From: an uncultured Thermoproteales archaeon
GTDB lineage: Archaea; Thermoproteota; Thermoprotei; Thermofilales; B20-G17
NCBI GenBank assembly: GCA_965368245.1
Contig: CBDUMD010000005.1
Location: forward strand, 9,876-73,875
Length of the DNA stretch: 64,000 nt
Direction of reading: 5' to 3'
Numbering within the stretch: position 1 is the first letter of the stretch; each line of letters starts with the position of its first letter. This document shows positions 18,951 through 28,684 of the stretch, piece after piece. The notes beneath the pieces were generated by a model. It made no database searches and was not told the origin of the DNA. It was given only the letters and a program-made list of their open reading frames with translations. A program made the translations under genes and the position numbers.

Positions 18951-19820
18951 CTATATTCTATTTTTCTCACGCGCTAAGGAGAATACCATCAGCCCCATTA
19001 CAGCCACCACTACCACTATAAACATTATTGTGGTCCACCTAGACGTAGTTGTTGTAACGTCTTCTTGGACTAGTTTAACGGGTTGAGCCTGTTTAATGTT
19101 GCTGGTGGGGTGAACTATAATAAAGGCCTTTACCTTATTGAGGTTTACATGCCCATTGTCTACTCCAGGCCAGTCGTATACTACCCCTTTACCGTAGTAG
19201 TTGAAGTACTTGCCCCTATTTAGGTCTCCTGCAGGGTCGTTGACTATAACGCTTCGGTTGGGCATGTAGCCTACTGCTACCACAATGTGTCCACTGCTGG
19301 TAAGCTGGGTGCTTATGATTACAGGGTGTCCTTTATCCAGCTCCTCCACCAGTTCCTCCCATGTCGGCGTCGTATCCACGTAGGCTTCGAAACCAAATAT
19401 CCTGAAAACTTCGGCCATCTTGCTCCAGCTGGCCCCCGAACCTGGAATGTAAACGTAGCCGTGAACCCCGCGGCCGTATCGTGTTCTCGAGGCATCGAGG
19501 GCTTTTTGATCGAAAGTGTAGTCTCCCACCTTAAATATTCCACAAACATATGCACCATAAATGCTTGTATGCTGGTAAGGGTTGCTGGAATTTATTGGCC
19601 ATTCTGGTAGAACCCCATAGTAAGCCAAGACCATGACAACAGAGGTGGCGCCACAGGAATATCTTCCATCAAACCAATCCGGCATATCGTATACTTGGTG
19701 TACATAGGGTACATCTAGTGGTGTAGCCTGCACCATACCTGTATGAATCAATGTCACAACTACGAAAAACAGTAGCATAGTCTTCGCGGTAAACGAATAT
19801 GACTTCATCCGAAATACCAT
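18951..19820 (-). CDS. Secreted, membrane-anchored C39-like cysteine peptidase
   Basis: Signal peptide; VPYVHQ; SCGATSVVMVLAYY (Cys), GHIVVAVGY (His), VNDP (Asp); Thr-rich linker, C-terminal TM and basic tail. Confidence 0.8.
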   Translation of the reverse strand: MVFRMKSYSFTAKTMLLFFVVVTLIHTGMVQATPLDVPYVHQVYDMPDWFDGRYSCGATSVVMVLAYYGVLPEWPINSSNPYQHTSIYGAYVCGIFKVGDYTFDQKALDASRTRYGRGVHGYVYIPGSGASWSKMAEVFRIFGFEAYVDTTPTWEELVEELDKGHPVIISTQLTSSGHIVVAVGYMPNRSVIVNDPAGDLNRGKYFNYYGKGVVYDWPGVDNGHVNLNKVKAFIIVHPTSNIKQAQPVKLVQEDVTTTTSRWTTIMFIVVVVAVMGLMVFSLAREKNRI

Positions 19821-19911
19821 ACTAAAATAATTTCTCTCCTTGATAAAAATTATGTACTTACCGGCCAGGATTTATAAGCCTAAAGCGAGATACAACTCAT
19901 GGTGGATTTCG

Positions 19912-20328
19912 ATGGCTGAAAAAAGTTTTGGACTGAACTTCAGGTACATGTATATTCATGCAGAACTGCTGACGGAACAGATTCCCCCCTCCTTACAGGT
20001 GAACCTGCAACTGAACATGCCTACCGGCAAGCCGTCCTTCGAGAACGAGGCTTTAATCCTCCCCTTCACCCTTAATTTTACCACAATACCTGCTGTAGCC
20101 AACATAACTTTAAGAGGCATTGTTAAAGTTTCGGGAAAAAGGAAGTTTCTAGAGGAGATAAAGAATGAAACAGAAAGAAAAAAGCCTATAAAAATCCTTC
20201 CTGTGATACTTCAACATCTCATGTTTGAGGTGATGCTGATCGGCAGGGAAATAGGCTTACCTCCGATACTTATGCCTGCCACCATGCCACCTAAATCCCC
20301 TAGAGAGCCATCTTCAATGATAGCTTAA
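19912..20328 (+). CDS. Hypothetical protein, possible SecB-like fold
   Basis: Alternating beta-strand pattern followed by a helix ending in REIGLPPI; TATA at 19871-19878 favours ATG 19912. Confidence 0.55.
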   Translation: MAEKSFGLNFRYMYIHAELLTEQIPPSLQVNLQLNMPTGKPSFENEALILPFTLNFTTIPAVANITLRGIVKVSGKRKFLEEIKNETERKKPIKILPVILQHLMFEVMLIGREIGLPPILMPATMPPKSPREPSSMIA

Positions 20329-20364
20329 AATGAAGGCATCATCCTGGGCGTAGAACCGAAGAAA

Positions 20365-20440
20365 TGCCCCCGCCGGGATTTGAACCCGGGATCCCCGGCT
20401 CGAGAGGCCGGTATACTTGACCGGGCTATACGACGGGGGC
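20365..20440 (-). tRNA. tRNA-Glu(CTC), no intron, CCA not encoded
   Basis: GCCCCCGTCGTATAGCCCGGTCAAGTATACCGGC-CT-CTC-GA-GCCGGGGATCCCGGGTTCAAATCCCGGCGGGGGCA folds as a cloverleaf. Confidence 0.96.
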
Positions 20441-20491
20441 TATTTTACGATAATTTCCGCTTTTTTATATATTTTTCCGGGAGCACTTCAC

Positions 20492-21787
20492 CTATTGGAG
20501 GAGACCTAGGCTGTTGAGTATCATCAGGTAGGTTAAAGCCGTAGATAGCTGGATGAGTACTAGGGGTACTGCCGTTTTCATGTATTCTCCTATGGATATG
20601 TGATATCCTTTTCGTTCAGCCAATCTTATTCCAACGAAAACGGAGGGGGAGCCGAAGTTGGTTAAGCTACCGCCTAGGTTTCCGCCTACTATAAGTGCCC
20701 AGTAGAGTGGGATTGGATTGAATCCCGTTTCAAGGGCTATGTTTTCAACGATAGGCAACAGCAGTAACGTTACTGGAATGTTGTCTATGAATGCGGAGAG
20801 AACAGCGCAGAAGATGAGGAGGAACGGCATGCCCAAGATAAGGTTGCTTCCTACAATTTTTGTAACGACGTGGCTTACAACCTCCAGGACCCCGCTTTTC
20901 TCTAGTCCCCCTACGAAAAGGAAGAATCCTCCCACAAAGAATGGTATGCTCCAGTCTACTCCGCGGAATATTTCGTCCGGGTTTATGCCACTGAGAAGGA
21001 ACATTGCAACCACGAAGATGAACGAGATAAGTGTAGGTGAGAGGCCCAGCATGTCGCTGAGGGATATTGTTATGATGAAGCTCACGAAGATGACTAGTGA
21101 ACGGTAGAAAGCCGACGGGTTCCTTGCACCATTAGAGTACTCGCCTATCCTTATATCTGCCTTCTTTTTTCCACCGGCTACAAGTTCTTTGTGTAGGAAG
21201 AAGCGGATATAGAGAAGGGTGACGACAGTAAGTACGAAGACAAGTGGCAGGGATACTTTTAAGAAATCGAAGAAGGAGAGCTTTGCCTTAGTGGCAACTA
21301 TCAACGCCGCTACAGAGCTTATCGGTAAGAGTATTCCGCCAACATCTGTTTGAACAGCCTCCACTATTATAAGTTTCCTAGCATCCATCTCAAGCATTTT
21401 AGCGATCCTCAAAGTTATCATACCTATCGCTAACATAACTGTTATATTAGATGATACACCTGAGAATATAGTTACTATCAGGGGGAGGACGTATGCTAGA
21501 ACCCCTGGTCTAGCGCCTATTCTCTCAATAATGTATTTTTCCACATAGTCGAAGAAACCGGATTTACCCATCGTTTCAAAGAGTATGAGTACAGCCGTTA
21601 TGAACAGGACGGTGTCTATTTCCAGCATCTCGACTATATCCTTGTACTCGAAGAGTCCGTAGGATACCCCGAAGTACACTGAAAGCACTGCTGCGAGCAT
21701 AGCTACTATGGCACGGTGTTCTATTTCAGCCATTAAAAGCAATATGACCACAATGAAGATGAGGGAAAACGTTGTAAAGGGGTCCAT
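20492..21787 (-). CDS. ArsB/NhaD (SLC13-like) ion transporter
   Basis: SAFIDNIP and GGNLGGSLTNFGSP motifs; ~12 TM helices. Confidence 0.88.
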   Translation of the reverse strand: MDPFTTFSLIFIVVILLLMAEIEHRAIVAMLAAVLSVYFGVSYGLFEYKDIVEMLEIDTVLFITAVLILFETMGKSGFFDYVEKYIIERIGARPGVLAYVLPLIVTIFSGVSSNITVMLAIGMITLRIAKMLEMDARKLIIVEAVQTDVGGILLPISSVAALIVATKAKLSFFDFLKVSLPLVFVLTVVTLLYIRFFLHKELVAGGKKKADIRIGEYSNGARNPSAFYRSLVIFVSFIITISLSDMLGLSPTLISFIFVVAMFLLSGINPDEIFRGVDWSIPFFVGGFFLFVGGLEKSGVLEVVSHVVTKIVGSNLILGMPFLLIFCAVLSAFIDNIPVTLLLLPIVENIALETGFNPIPLYWALIVGGNLGGSLTNFGSPSVFVGIRLAERKGYHISIGEYMKTAVPLVLIQLSTALTYLMILNSLGLLQ

Positions 21788-21791
21788 ACAA

Positions 21792-22130
21792 TCACCTCCT
21801 AGTCTTCAGAAACCATACAACGCTTAGAAAAATATCTATGAATATCGCAACCCCCACGGCAGATAAAATTATTAAGGCTATGATCTCTAGAACCTGTGCC
21901 TCAACAACGTTGGCAGTCCTAACCCTTATAGCCTCCTGTATCAATACGAGGAATATGATATACACCATGCCGTGGATTATCCTTTTTAGGAACAATTCTC
22001 GGGAACCATATAGAGTGTCGAATCTACGTTTAAGTGAAACGTAACTGTAGTATGCTAGCGTAAAGAATAGTGCGGACAACATGGTGTAAGACCATTCTTC
22101 GAGTAATGTATCTCCCTTGATTACGACCAT
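21792..22130 (-). CDS. Small membrane protein
   Basis: 3 TM segments; directly upstream of the transporter in the same operon. Confidence 0.65.
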   Translation of the reverse strand: MVVIKGDTLLEEWSYTMLSALFFTLAYYSYVSLKRRFDTLYGSRELFLKRIIHGMVYIIFLVLIQEAIRVRTANVVEAQVLEIIALIILSAVGVAIFIDIFLSVVWFLKTRR

Positions 22131-22196
22131 AAGCTTCCTTCTAAGTGAGAAAATAGGGAAATAAAATTTTATCTGTTATTTTTCAAATAATCCAGT

Positions 22197-22709
22197 TCAT
22201 TTTTCTGTAGCTACTATACCCGTCTTCTCTATCGCTTTTACAACAGGTATGGCTACTATCACCGAAACTAAAGTCTGTCCGAAAATATCCCTGGCAAGGG
22301 AGCTAATTGCTGGCGCCAGCCCCTTAATGAACACGTTTACACTAAAGTAAGTGAAGGCCATCAATACTCCTGCAAGGAAGATTACACACGTCTGGACTAA
22401 AGTATTCTTTCCCTTAGCCAGGCTAGCCACCACACCCTGTATTCCGTGGGCAACCAGTGACACATACCACCTAGGGTAGCCCGTCACTAGGTCGGTTACC
22501 AGGGGACCTATGACACCTACCGGTGCCCCCACCTGGATACCGAATATCAGGGCAGCAACGTAGATAGCGGAGTCTCCGATGTGGGTGTATCCCCCTGTAG
22601 GAGATGGAACCCTCGTAAAGTAGGTTAAGACCGCTGTTAGGGCTGAGAACAGTGCTATTAAAGCTATTTTAACGGATTGAGGTAACTCTTTGCCTTTGCT
22701 GGGGGACAT
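22197..22709 (-). CDS. ECF transporter S component
   Basis: ALFSALTAV (AxxxA), PSPTGGYTHIGDSAIY and HGIQG motifs. Confidence 0.88.
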   Translation of the reverse strand: MSPSKGKELPQSVKIALIALFSALTAVLTYFTRVPSPTGGYTHIGDSAIYVAALIFGIQVGAPVGVIGPLVTDLVTGYPRWYVSLVAHGIQGVVASLAKGKNTLVQTCVIFLAGVLMAFTYFSVNVFIKGLAPAISSLARDIFGQTLVSVIVAIPVVKAIEKTGIVATEK

Positions 22710-22770
22710 TTATACACCCGTTCGAAAAATACGGCCACTAAAATATAAAGTGCTATTGAAACTTTAATAC

Positions 22771-23691
22771 CTAAAGAACACTGGTGTATTTCAGTAATTT
22801 TCTTAGCCCCGTCTCCAAACTCACTTCAGGTCTCCATTTAAGCTTCTTTCTCGCTTTTTCTATGGAGGCATAGCTGTGTCGAATGTCCCCTGGTCTGGGA
22901 TCCTGGAACACTGGTTTTAGATCGAGTCCTGCCAGCCGACATATAATCTTCGCTAAACCTAGAATAGTGACAGGCTGGCCGGTTGCTATGTTGAAGACCC
23001 CGCTAACACGTTTCTTTAACGCTAGCTCCACTGCCGATACAACGTCATCCACATAGATAAAGTCTCTCGTTTGCTTGCCATCCCCGAATATTATTGGAGG
23101 GAGACCCTTCTTGACCCTTTCAATGAAACGTATTATTACACCAGCATATTCCCTGCTCTGGCCAGGGCCATAGACATTAAATAGCCTAAGTACTGTGTAT
23201 TTGAGTCCATATGCTTCATAAACCCTTACATATAATTCTCCTGAAAGCTTGCTGGCCCCGTAGGGGGAAAGGGGATTTAGGGGGTGACCCTCGTCTATGG
23301 GTAGATTAACGGGATTACCGTATACAGCTGCACTACTAAGATAAACGATCTGCGTGCAACCTGCTTTCACGCAAGCTCTTAAAACGTTTAGCGTCCCCGT
23401 TGAATTGACCTTATGGTATAGTAGGGGCTTTCTCATGGACTCATCGACACTTATAAGTGCAGCCGCATGGACAACCGCATCTGGCGATAAATCTGAAAAT
23501 ACTTTAGGCAGGTCCTTGGCTAGAATATCCTTTTTTACCGGTTCAATGCCCTCTTTCCGTAGATTCTCAACGTTTTCCGGCTTAGATCTAGAAAGATTGT
23601 CTATTACAGTTACTTCATATCCTTTTCGAAGCAGGTGTAGTGCGACGTGGTGCCCTATGAAACCTGCACCACCCGTTACTATAACTTTCAT
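22771..23691 (-). CDS. NAD-dependent epimerase/dehydratase (GalE-like)
   Basis: TGGAGFIG, SSAAVYG, YGASK and RDFIYVDD. Confidence 0.92.
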   Translation of the reverse strand: MKVIVTGGAGFIGHHVALHLLRKGYEVTVIDNLSRSKPENVENLRKEGIEPVKKDILAKDLPKVFSDLSPDAVVHAAALISVDESMRKPLLYHKVNSTGTLNVLRACVKAGCTQIVYLSSAAVYGNPVNLPIDEGHPLNPLSPYGASKLSGELYVRVYEAYGLKYTVLRLFNVYGPGQSREYAGVIIRFIERVKKGLPPIIFGDGKQTRDFIYVDDVVSAVELALKKRVSGVFNIATGQPVTILGLAKIICRLAGLDLKPVFQDPRPGDIRHSYASIEKARKKLKWRPEVSLETGLRKLLKYTSVL

Positions 23692-23716
23692 TGCGGAAAC
23701 CTTTAAGCAACAGTGT

Positions 23717-24619
23717 TTAGAGTTTTTCGACGAAAAGGTTTTTAAGGGAGGCCTGGAGGTTCCTATCTTTCAGGACGTTTACTGAAAGGAGGAGTGCTTC
23801 AATGTATCCTTTTGCATTTCCCACGTCTACCCAAGGGGTTTCCTTCACATCGAGCACATATACCATATGTCCTTCTTCGACCAGCATTTCAATGGCATCC
23901 GTTAACTCTATTTCCCCCCGAGGACTCTTCTTAACTCTACGTAACATACGAAAGATCTCTTCATCGAATATATAGAGTGAAGTGTTGACAAGATTGGAGG
24001 GAGGGATCTTGGGTTTCTCGATAATACCTTTCACTTTAAAAACTTCCGGATCAAGTCTCTTGGAATCATCGTATATTATAACACCGTACCTTTCCGGGTT
24101 TTTAACCCGCCTACCGGTCAAGAAGTTACCATTATACTTGGAATATTTTTCCAAAAGCTTCTTAACCATGTTAACACCGAGGTATATGTTATCCCCCGCA
24201 CACGTGACGAAGGACTCATCTCCCACGAAGGCTTCAGCCTTTTTAAGGGCATCACCAGTACCTAAGGGTAGAGGCTGGTTAATCCACGTTATATGGGATT
24301 CATCGAGTTTCTTATAGAATTCCAAAAGAAGGTCGGCTAAATCGTTTTTACCTTTATTCTCGAGAAAATTCACAAAATTCCAGTCCGGTGTAAAGTGGTT
24401 TTCGACAAGCCTTTTGTTTCGGCCAACTACAAAACAGAATTCACGTATGCCGGCCTCATAGAGCTGCTCGAAAACCATTTGTAATATGGGTTTAAGAACT
24501 ATCCTCCCATCGACATCGACGAGAAGTGGGAGCATTTCTTTAGGCATCTCTTTACTAAAAGGTATAAGACGGGTTCCTAACCCCGCCGTCAAGATAACAG
24601 CTTTATTTATCCTGCTCAA
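23717..24619 (-). CDS. UTP-glucose-1-phosphate uridylyltransferase-like nucleotidyltransferase
   Basis: KAVILTAGLGTRL...PKEMLP, QPLPLGTG, EKP and GEIELTDA. Confidence 0.88.
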   Translation of the reverse strand: MSRINKAVILTAGLGTRLIPFSKEMPKEMLPLLVDVDGRIVLKPILQMVFEQLYEAGIREFCFVVGRNKRLVENHFTPDWNFVNFLENKGKNDLADLLLEFYKKLDESHITWINQPLPLGTGDALKKAEAFVGDESFVTCAGDNIYLGVNMVKKLLEKYSKYNGNFLTGRRVKNPERYGVIIYDDSKRLDPEVFKVKGIIEKPKIPPSNLVNTSLYIFDEEIFRMLRRVKKSPRGEIELTDAIEMLVEEGHMVYVLDVKETPWVDVGNAKGYIEALLLSVNVLKDRNLQASLKNLFVEKL

Positions 24620-24810
24620 TGTTCCACCCTACCATAATTATACTAAGGTATTATACGGAAAATTTAAAAATTTTTGCAATAGACGGTTGACAAGATTTTT
24701 AGCCCCCTCTTCTCGATTTAAGGTATGTAAACGCTTCTCCAGCAACTTTTTCACCTATGAATACAACCAAAAAGATTATTGTATAATACATTATTATTAA
24801 TTTAATAACA

Positions 24811-25863
24811 TTGTTGCTGAAGACAGGGACATTGAAGATGTTTAAAGTCGACTATAAGACCCTAAAAATACTAAAACACCTTGCTTTAAGCAGGGCAAGT
24901 ACCCTCTTTATATCCAGGACAGAAAAAATACCTCAACCAACCGTTTACAGGAGAATAGAAAATCTTAAACGTATAGGGGAGGTAAAGGCTATACCGGATT
25001 ACTTTAAGCTGGGACTCAGACCTATAGTAGTCTTTACGGATATTAAGAGAAGCAAAAGCATGCTGTTCTATGATTTAAAGTTTGCTAAAGTTATTAAGTC
25101 GGGTTCATGCCGCAACTTTATTTTTCTAGCGTTACCCTACGAAAGCTGCAGGCATTATATTAAAACCCTTCTTTCACGTCTACCGGAAACACGCATACAA
25201 TTCTCTTTTACTCCCTTCTCCTGGCGTCCCGACCTGCAGTTTCTGGAGGTGAGAAACAGGATCTTGCAGGTTTTATGGGGGAAGCTTTATAGACATATTA
25301 TAGAGACGGAGGAGGAGCCTGCAATATTAGAACCTTCTCCTCCAATGAAATTCGATAAAAAGGACTTGTTTATACTTAAGGAGTTGGAGGAAGATGGCCT
25401 GCAATCGTTGAGAGAGATAGCACGAAAACTAGGCACTTACCCGGAGCTGATATCATATCACTATAAGAGGCATGTATCTAAGATTATAACGGGGTATAGG
25501 TTAAATTTCCCCATAACCCCCAGGGGGACCCCTTGGCGTCTAGTAGAGGTGAAGTCGTCGAACAGGGAGGGCTTAATTAAGGTAACACTATTTTTCATGA
25601 AAACACCGTGGCTTATCTATGGATTCCCGCTCAGGGATGAGTTTTCTGTTTTAGCCATACTTGTGGTCCCCTTTTATGAGGAAGAAAGCCTCTTTAGAGC
25701 TCTTTCTCTTTTAGAAGATGCAGGTGTAGTAGAGGAATGGCATCACGTAGGCTACATTGAGAAGCGAGAATACGCCGAAAAGAGTATTCCAGTACATTTA
25801 TTTAAGAAGAAAAAGTGGATTGACGTTACCGACGAGGTGGTCGTAGAATATGCATCCCGTTAG
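24811..25863 (+). CDS. Transcriptional regulator with two HTH/Lrp-like modules
   Basis: HTH IPQPTVYRRIENL followed by PDYFKLGL; second HTH FDKKDLFILKELEEDGLQSLREIARKLG. Confidence 0.7.
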   Translation: MLLKTGTLKMFKVDYKTLKILKHLALSRASTLFISRTEKIPQPTVYRRIENLKRIGEVKAIPDYFKLGLRPIVVFTDIKRSKSMLFYDLKFAKVIKSGSCRNFIFLALPYESCRHYIKTLLSRLPETRIQFSFTPFSWRPDLQFLEVRNRILQVLWGKLYRHIIETEEEPAILEPSPPMKFDKKDLFILKELEEDGLQSLREIARKLGTYPELISYHYKRHVSKIITGYRLNFPITPRGTPWRLVEVKSSNREGLIKVTLFFMKTPWLIYGFPLRDEFSVLAILVVPFYEEESLFRALSLLEDAGVVEEWHHVGYIEKREYAEKSIPVHLFKKKKWIDVTDEVVVEYASR

Positions 25864-26380
25864 AATCTTAGCAACCGTTAAGCCAGGTAAAGAAGAAAAA
25901 GTTAAAAGGGATATTCTGGATGCTTTATACCCCTTTGATCCACAGGTCAATGTACAGTTCACAGGGTTTGGGGGAGTCCTAATAATAGAGACAAAGTTAA
26001 AGCCAAAAAGGCTTATAGGATTACTCTCCTGGAGGAGAATAAGACACCTTTATAGACTCATACCATTAAAGATCATGGTTTCGATCGAAAACGTTGATTC
26101 AAAGACCCTTTCAGCCGCTTTAAATGATATAAGTGAAGGCGAGGCAACAGCCGTGATCGTGAAGAAACGCGGTATACCTTCACCTAAAGCCTATGAAATT
26201 GTGGATAAAATAATTGGATTATTGAAGACCCGGAACATCCACTTAACCAACCGTAGGAAGGCGTCGAAGATTGTGTTTATAGAGTTCATGGGAGAAATTC
26301 TCGGGGTAGGCGTATTGGATGAACGTACATTTAAATTCATTAAAGAACATGTTTCGAACAGCCATAATGTTGACAGATAA
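25850..26380 (+). CDS. THUMP-domain-like RNA-binding protein
   Basis: ILATVKPGKE ferredoxin-like N-part; AVIVKKRG and IVFIEF strands. Confidence 0.55.
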   Translation: MHPVRILATVKPGKEEKVKRDILDALYPFDPQVNVQFTGFGGVLIIETKLKPKRLIGLLSWRRIRHLYRLIPLKIMVSIENVDSKTLSAALNDISEGEATAVIVKKRGIPSPKAYEIVDKIIGLLKTRNIHLTNRRKASKIVFIEFMGEILGVGVLDERTFKFIKEHVSNSHNVDR

Positions 26381-26391
26381 TTGGATAAGCG

Positions 26392-26420
26392 GTATTACTA
26401 TACCCCGATAATGGTAATAC
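26392..26420. promoter_or_regulatory. Probable NikR operator GTATTAC-N15-GTAATAC overlapping the BRE/TATA
   Basis: Inverted repeat abutting TATA CTTATAAG (26420-26427) of an operon that encodes NikR. Confidence 0.7.
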
Positions 26421-26459
26421 TTATAAGGTAGAACCTTTTTCTGAGAATAGTGCATAAAA

Positions 26460-26975
26460 ATGGGATTCAATAGCCGTGATATAGCTGTAATGGCTTTAAG
26501 TACAGCCTTCTGGTCGGCTTTAAATGTTACTTTGGCGCCTATCTTCTGGCAGATGACCCATCTACCATTTTTATGTGACCTACTTGCCATGATATCACTT
26601 ATATTAGGTCTCTGGTGGGTAAGGAAACCTGGAACCGGAACTATAATAGGCTTGGCAACCACTTTCATAAACCTGGTGGCTAGACCCGGCGCCTTCTTCT
26701 TCCTCGGCTTCACCGCCGCCTCAATAGTATTTGATCTAGCTGTCTACTTGGTAGGATACGATAACTCCTTTTCGAAGAAAACCAGCCCCTTGATTCTAGT
26801 GACCTTAGGGGTGTTTTCAACGTGGATTGCCAGCTTAATAATAGGCTCGTTTTTCATGGATGGCAGAGTACCTCTACTATGGTTTTCGTTTCTCCATGCC
26901 AGCGGAGGATTTATCGGAAGCATTATAGGCATTATTCTGGTTAAATCGCTGGAAGTAAGAGGTATTAAACCTTGA
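26460..26975 (+). CDS. ECF-like S-component membrane protein (putative metal uptake)
   Basis: 6 TM helices; DIAVMALSTA and VRKPGTG; THLPFLCD and LHA offer possible metal ligands. Confidence 0.6.
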   Translation: MGFNSRDIAVMALSTAFWSALNVTLAPIFWQMTHLPFLCDLLAMISLILGLWWVRKPGTGTIIGLATTFINLVARPGAFFFLGFTAASIVFDLAVYLVGYDNSFSKKTSPLILVTLGVFSTWIASLIIGSFFMDGRVPLLWFSFLHASGGFIGSIIGIILVKSLEVRGIKP

Positions 26976-27409
26976 GGATGGATCTACTCGAAGTAGCGGA
27001 GTTTTTTCACGGACATTTAGGCCCCTTCCTAGTGCTTGGCCTTAAAGCAGGCTTATGTTTGACGAGAAAATTTGGGAGAAATCCCCTGAAAAGTAGCGCT
27101 ACAATAATGTTGCCGTTAAGGAAACCCTATACATGCTTCATCGACGGATTCCAGCTGGCCACCGGATGCACCTTAGGAAAAATGAATATAAACGTGGTTG
27201 AATGGAAGGATGGAATTAAAGTAAAATATGTTTTAAACGAACACGTTTTCCATCTAACTGTAAGAAAAAGCATCCTAGATAATGTTATAAGAAAATTGAA
27301 GTACGGAGAGGATATGCACTCCATTGCCTCCCTGCTCCTAAACATGAGGGATGATGAACTTTTTATTTTAGAAAAACATAATAATTTCCGTAGGGTGATT
27401 TTGGATTGA
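26972..27409 (+). CDS. FmdE/FwdE family metal-binding protein
   Basis: FHGHLGPFLVLG and CFIDGFQLATGCTLGK motifs. Confidence 0.88.
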   Translation: MRMDLLEVAEFFHGHLGPFLVLGLKAGLCLTRKFGRNPLKSSATIMLPLRKPYTCFIDGFQLATGCTLGKMNINVVEWKDGIKVKYVLNEHVFHLTVRKSILDNVIRKLKYGEDMHSIASLLLNMRDDELFILEKHNNFRRVILD

Positions 27410-27855
27410 ACAACGATACTTCTAAGACTGTTAAGATAAGTGCCAGTATACCCGTCGTCCTTTTAACGCACATGAAAAACGCTATGAAAGAGTTAGGGTT
27501 GACGAGTCGTTCAAGGTTTATGGCCAACGCTGTGGCAAGCTACTTGGGTAGGGTTAGATGGAGACTTGGAAGAGGCCGCGTCGCCGGAGCCATACTACTC
27601 ATCTACGACCATGAGAGAGGAGATCTAACTAAAAAATTAACTCATATTCAACACCACTATCTTGACATTATACGTTCTACATTACACCTGCATTTAGATG
27701 AACGAAACTGTCTGGAGATAGTCTCCATCGTGGGAGATGTGGGGAAAGTCAAAAACTTTACAATGGAGATGGAGGGGTTACGGGGACTGAAATTCATAGA
27801 TTACTCTTTCTTCCCCCTGGAGGAGGAGGCTCATGGACAATTTGGAGGCCTTTAA
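27406..27855 (+). CDS. nikR: Nickel-responsive regulator NikR
   Basis: RHH N-terminus (VKISASIP...SRS); YDHE, IQHHY, HLHL and CLE Ni ligands. Confidence 0.9.
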   Translation: MNNDTSKTVKISASIPVVLLTHMKNAMKELGLTSRSRFMANAVASYLGRVRWRLGRGRVAGAILLIYDHERGDLTKKLTHIQHHYLDIIRSTLHLHLDERNCLEIVSIVGDVGKVKNFTMEMEGLRGLKFIDYSFFPLEEEAHGQFGGL

Positions 27856-28666
27856 AAGCTTCCAAGAGTTGGTTAAACGCATTAGATCGAAGATGAATGA
27901 AATAAATGTAATTATAGCCGTCATGAGCGGTAAAGGCGGGGTGGGGAAAAGTTTTGTCACAGCTAATTTGGCCGCCGCCTTAGCAATTAAAGGCATGAAG
28001 GTTGGTGTGCTTGACGCAGATATACATGGACCCTCAATCCCAAAGATGATGGGCCTTACAGGGAAGACTTTGTATGCAGATGATAGCGGAAACATACTTC
28101 CAATTGAAAGCACATTGGGGATAAAGGTTGTTTCAATGGATTTCCTTCTACCGGGAACCGAAACCCCAGTCGTATGGAGGGGACCGATTAAAACAAGAGT
28201 AATAATGCAGTTTCTTGCGGATGTAAAGTGGGGGCACCTCGACTTCCTCTTAGTAGATCTACCCCCCGGAACCGGCGATGAGGCTTTAACTATAGCACAG
28301 AACTTGATGGGTGTGGCCCGAGCACTGATAGTTACAATCCCCTCGGAGGTTTCACGCCACGTTGTTGTTAAAGCAGTAACCTTCGCAAGGAAGTTGAACA
28401 TGAAGATACTAGGGATTATAGAAAACATGTCAGGTTTCACTTGTCCAAAATGTAATACAACATTTTATCCGCTGGGGAAAGGTGGAGGAAGGAGGATTGC
28501 TGAAGAAATGAAGGTACCTTTCCTAGGGGAAATCCCCCTAGATCCTAGAATCTCCGATTCCTGCGACAAAGGACGTATCTTCGTCTCGGAACACCCAGAG
28601 ACCCCCGCCGCAAGAACTTTGATTAAGATAGCGGAAACAATAATAGAGAGCGAAAAACAAGTTTAA
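27833..28666 (+). CDS. Mrp/NBP35 Fe-S carrier ATPase
   Basis: SGKGGVGKS, DADIHGPS, WRGP, DLPPGTGD and ENMSGFTCPKC. Confidence 0.95.
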   Translation: MDNLEAFKSFQELVKRIRSKMNEINVIIAVMSGKGGVGKSFVTANLAAALAIKGMKVGVLDADIHGPSIPKMMGLTGKTLYADDSGNILPIESTLGIKVVSMDFLLPGTETPVVWRGPIKTRVIMQFLADVKWGHLDFLLVDLPPGTGDEALTIAQNLMGVARALIVTIPSEVSRHVVVKAVTFARKLNMKILGIIENMSGFTCPKCNTTFYPLGKGGGRRIAEEMKVPFLGEIPLDPRISDSCDKGRIFVSEHPETPAARTLIKIAETIIESEKQV

Positions 28667-28684
28667 GGTAACCGGATCGATAAT

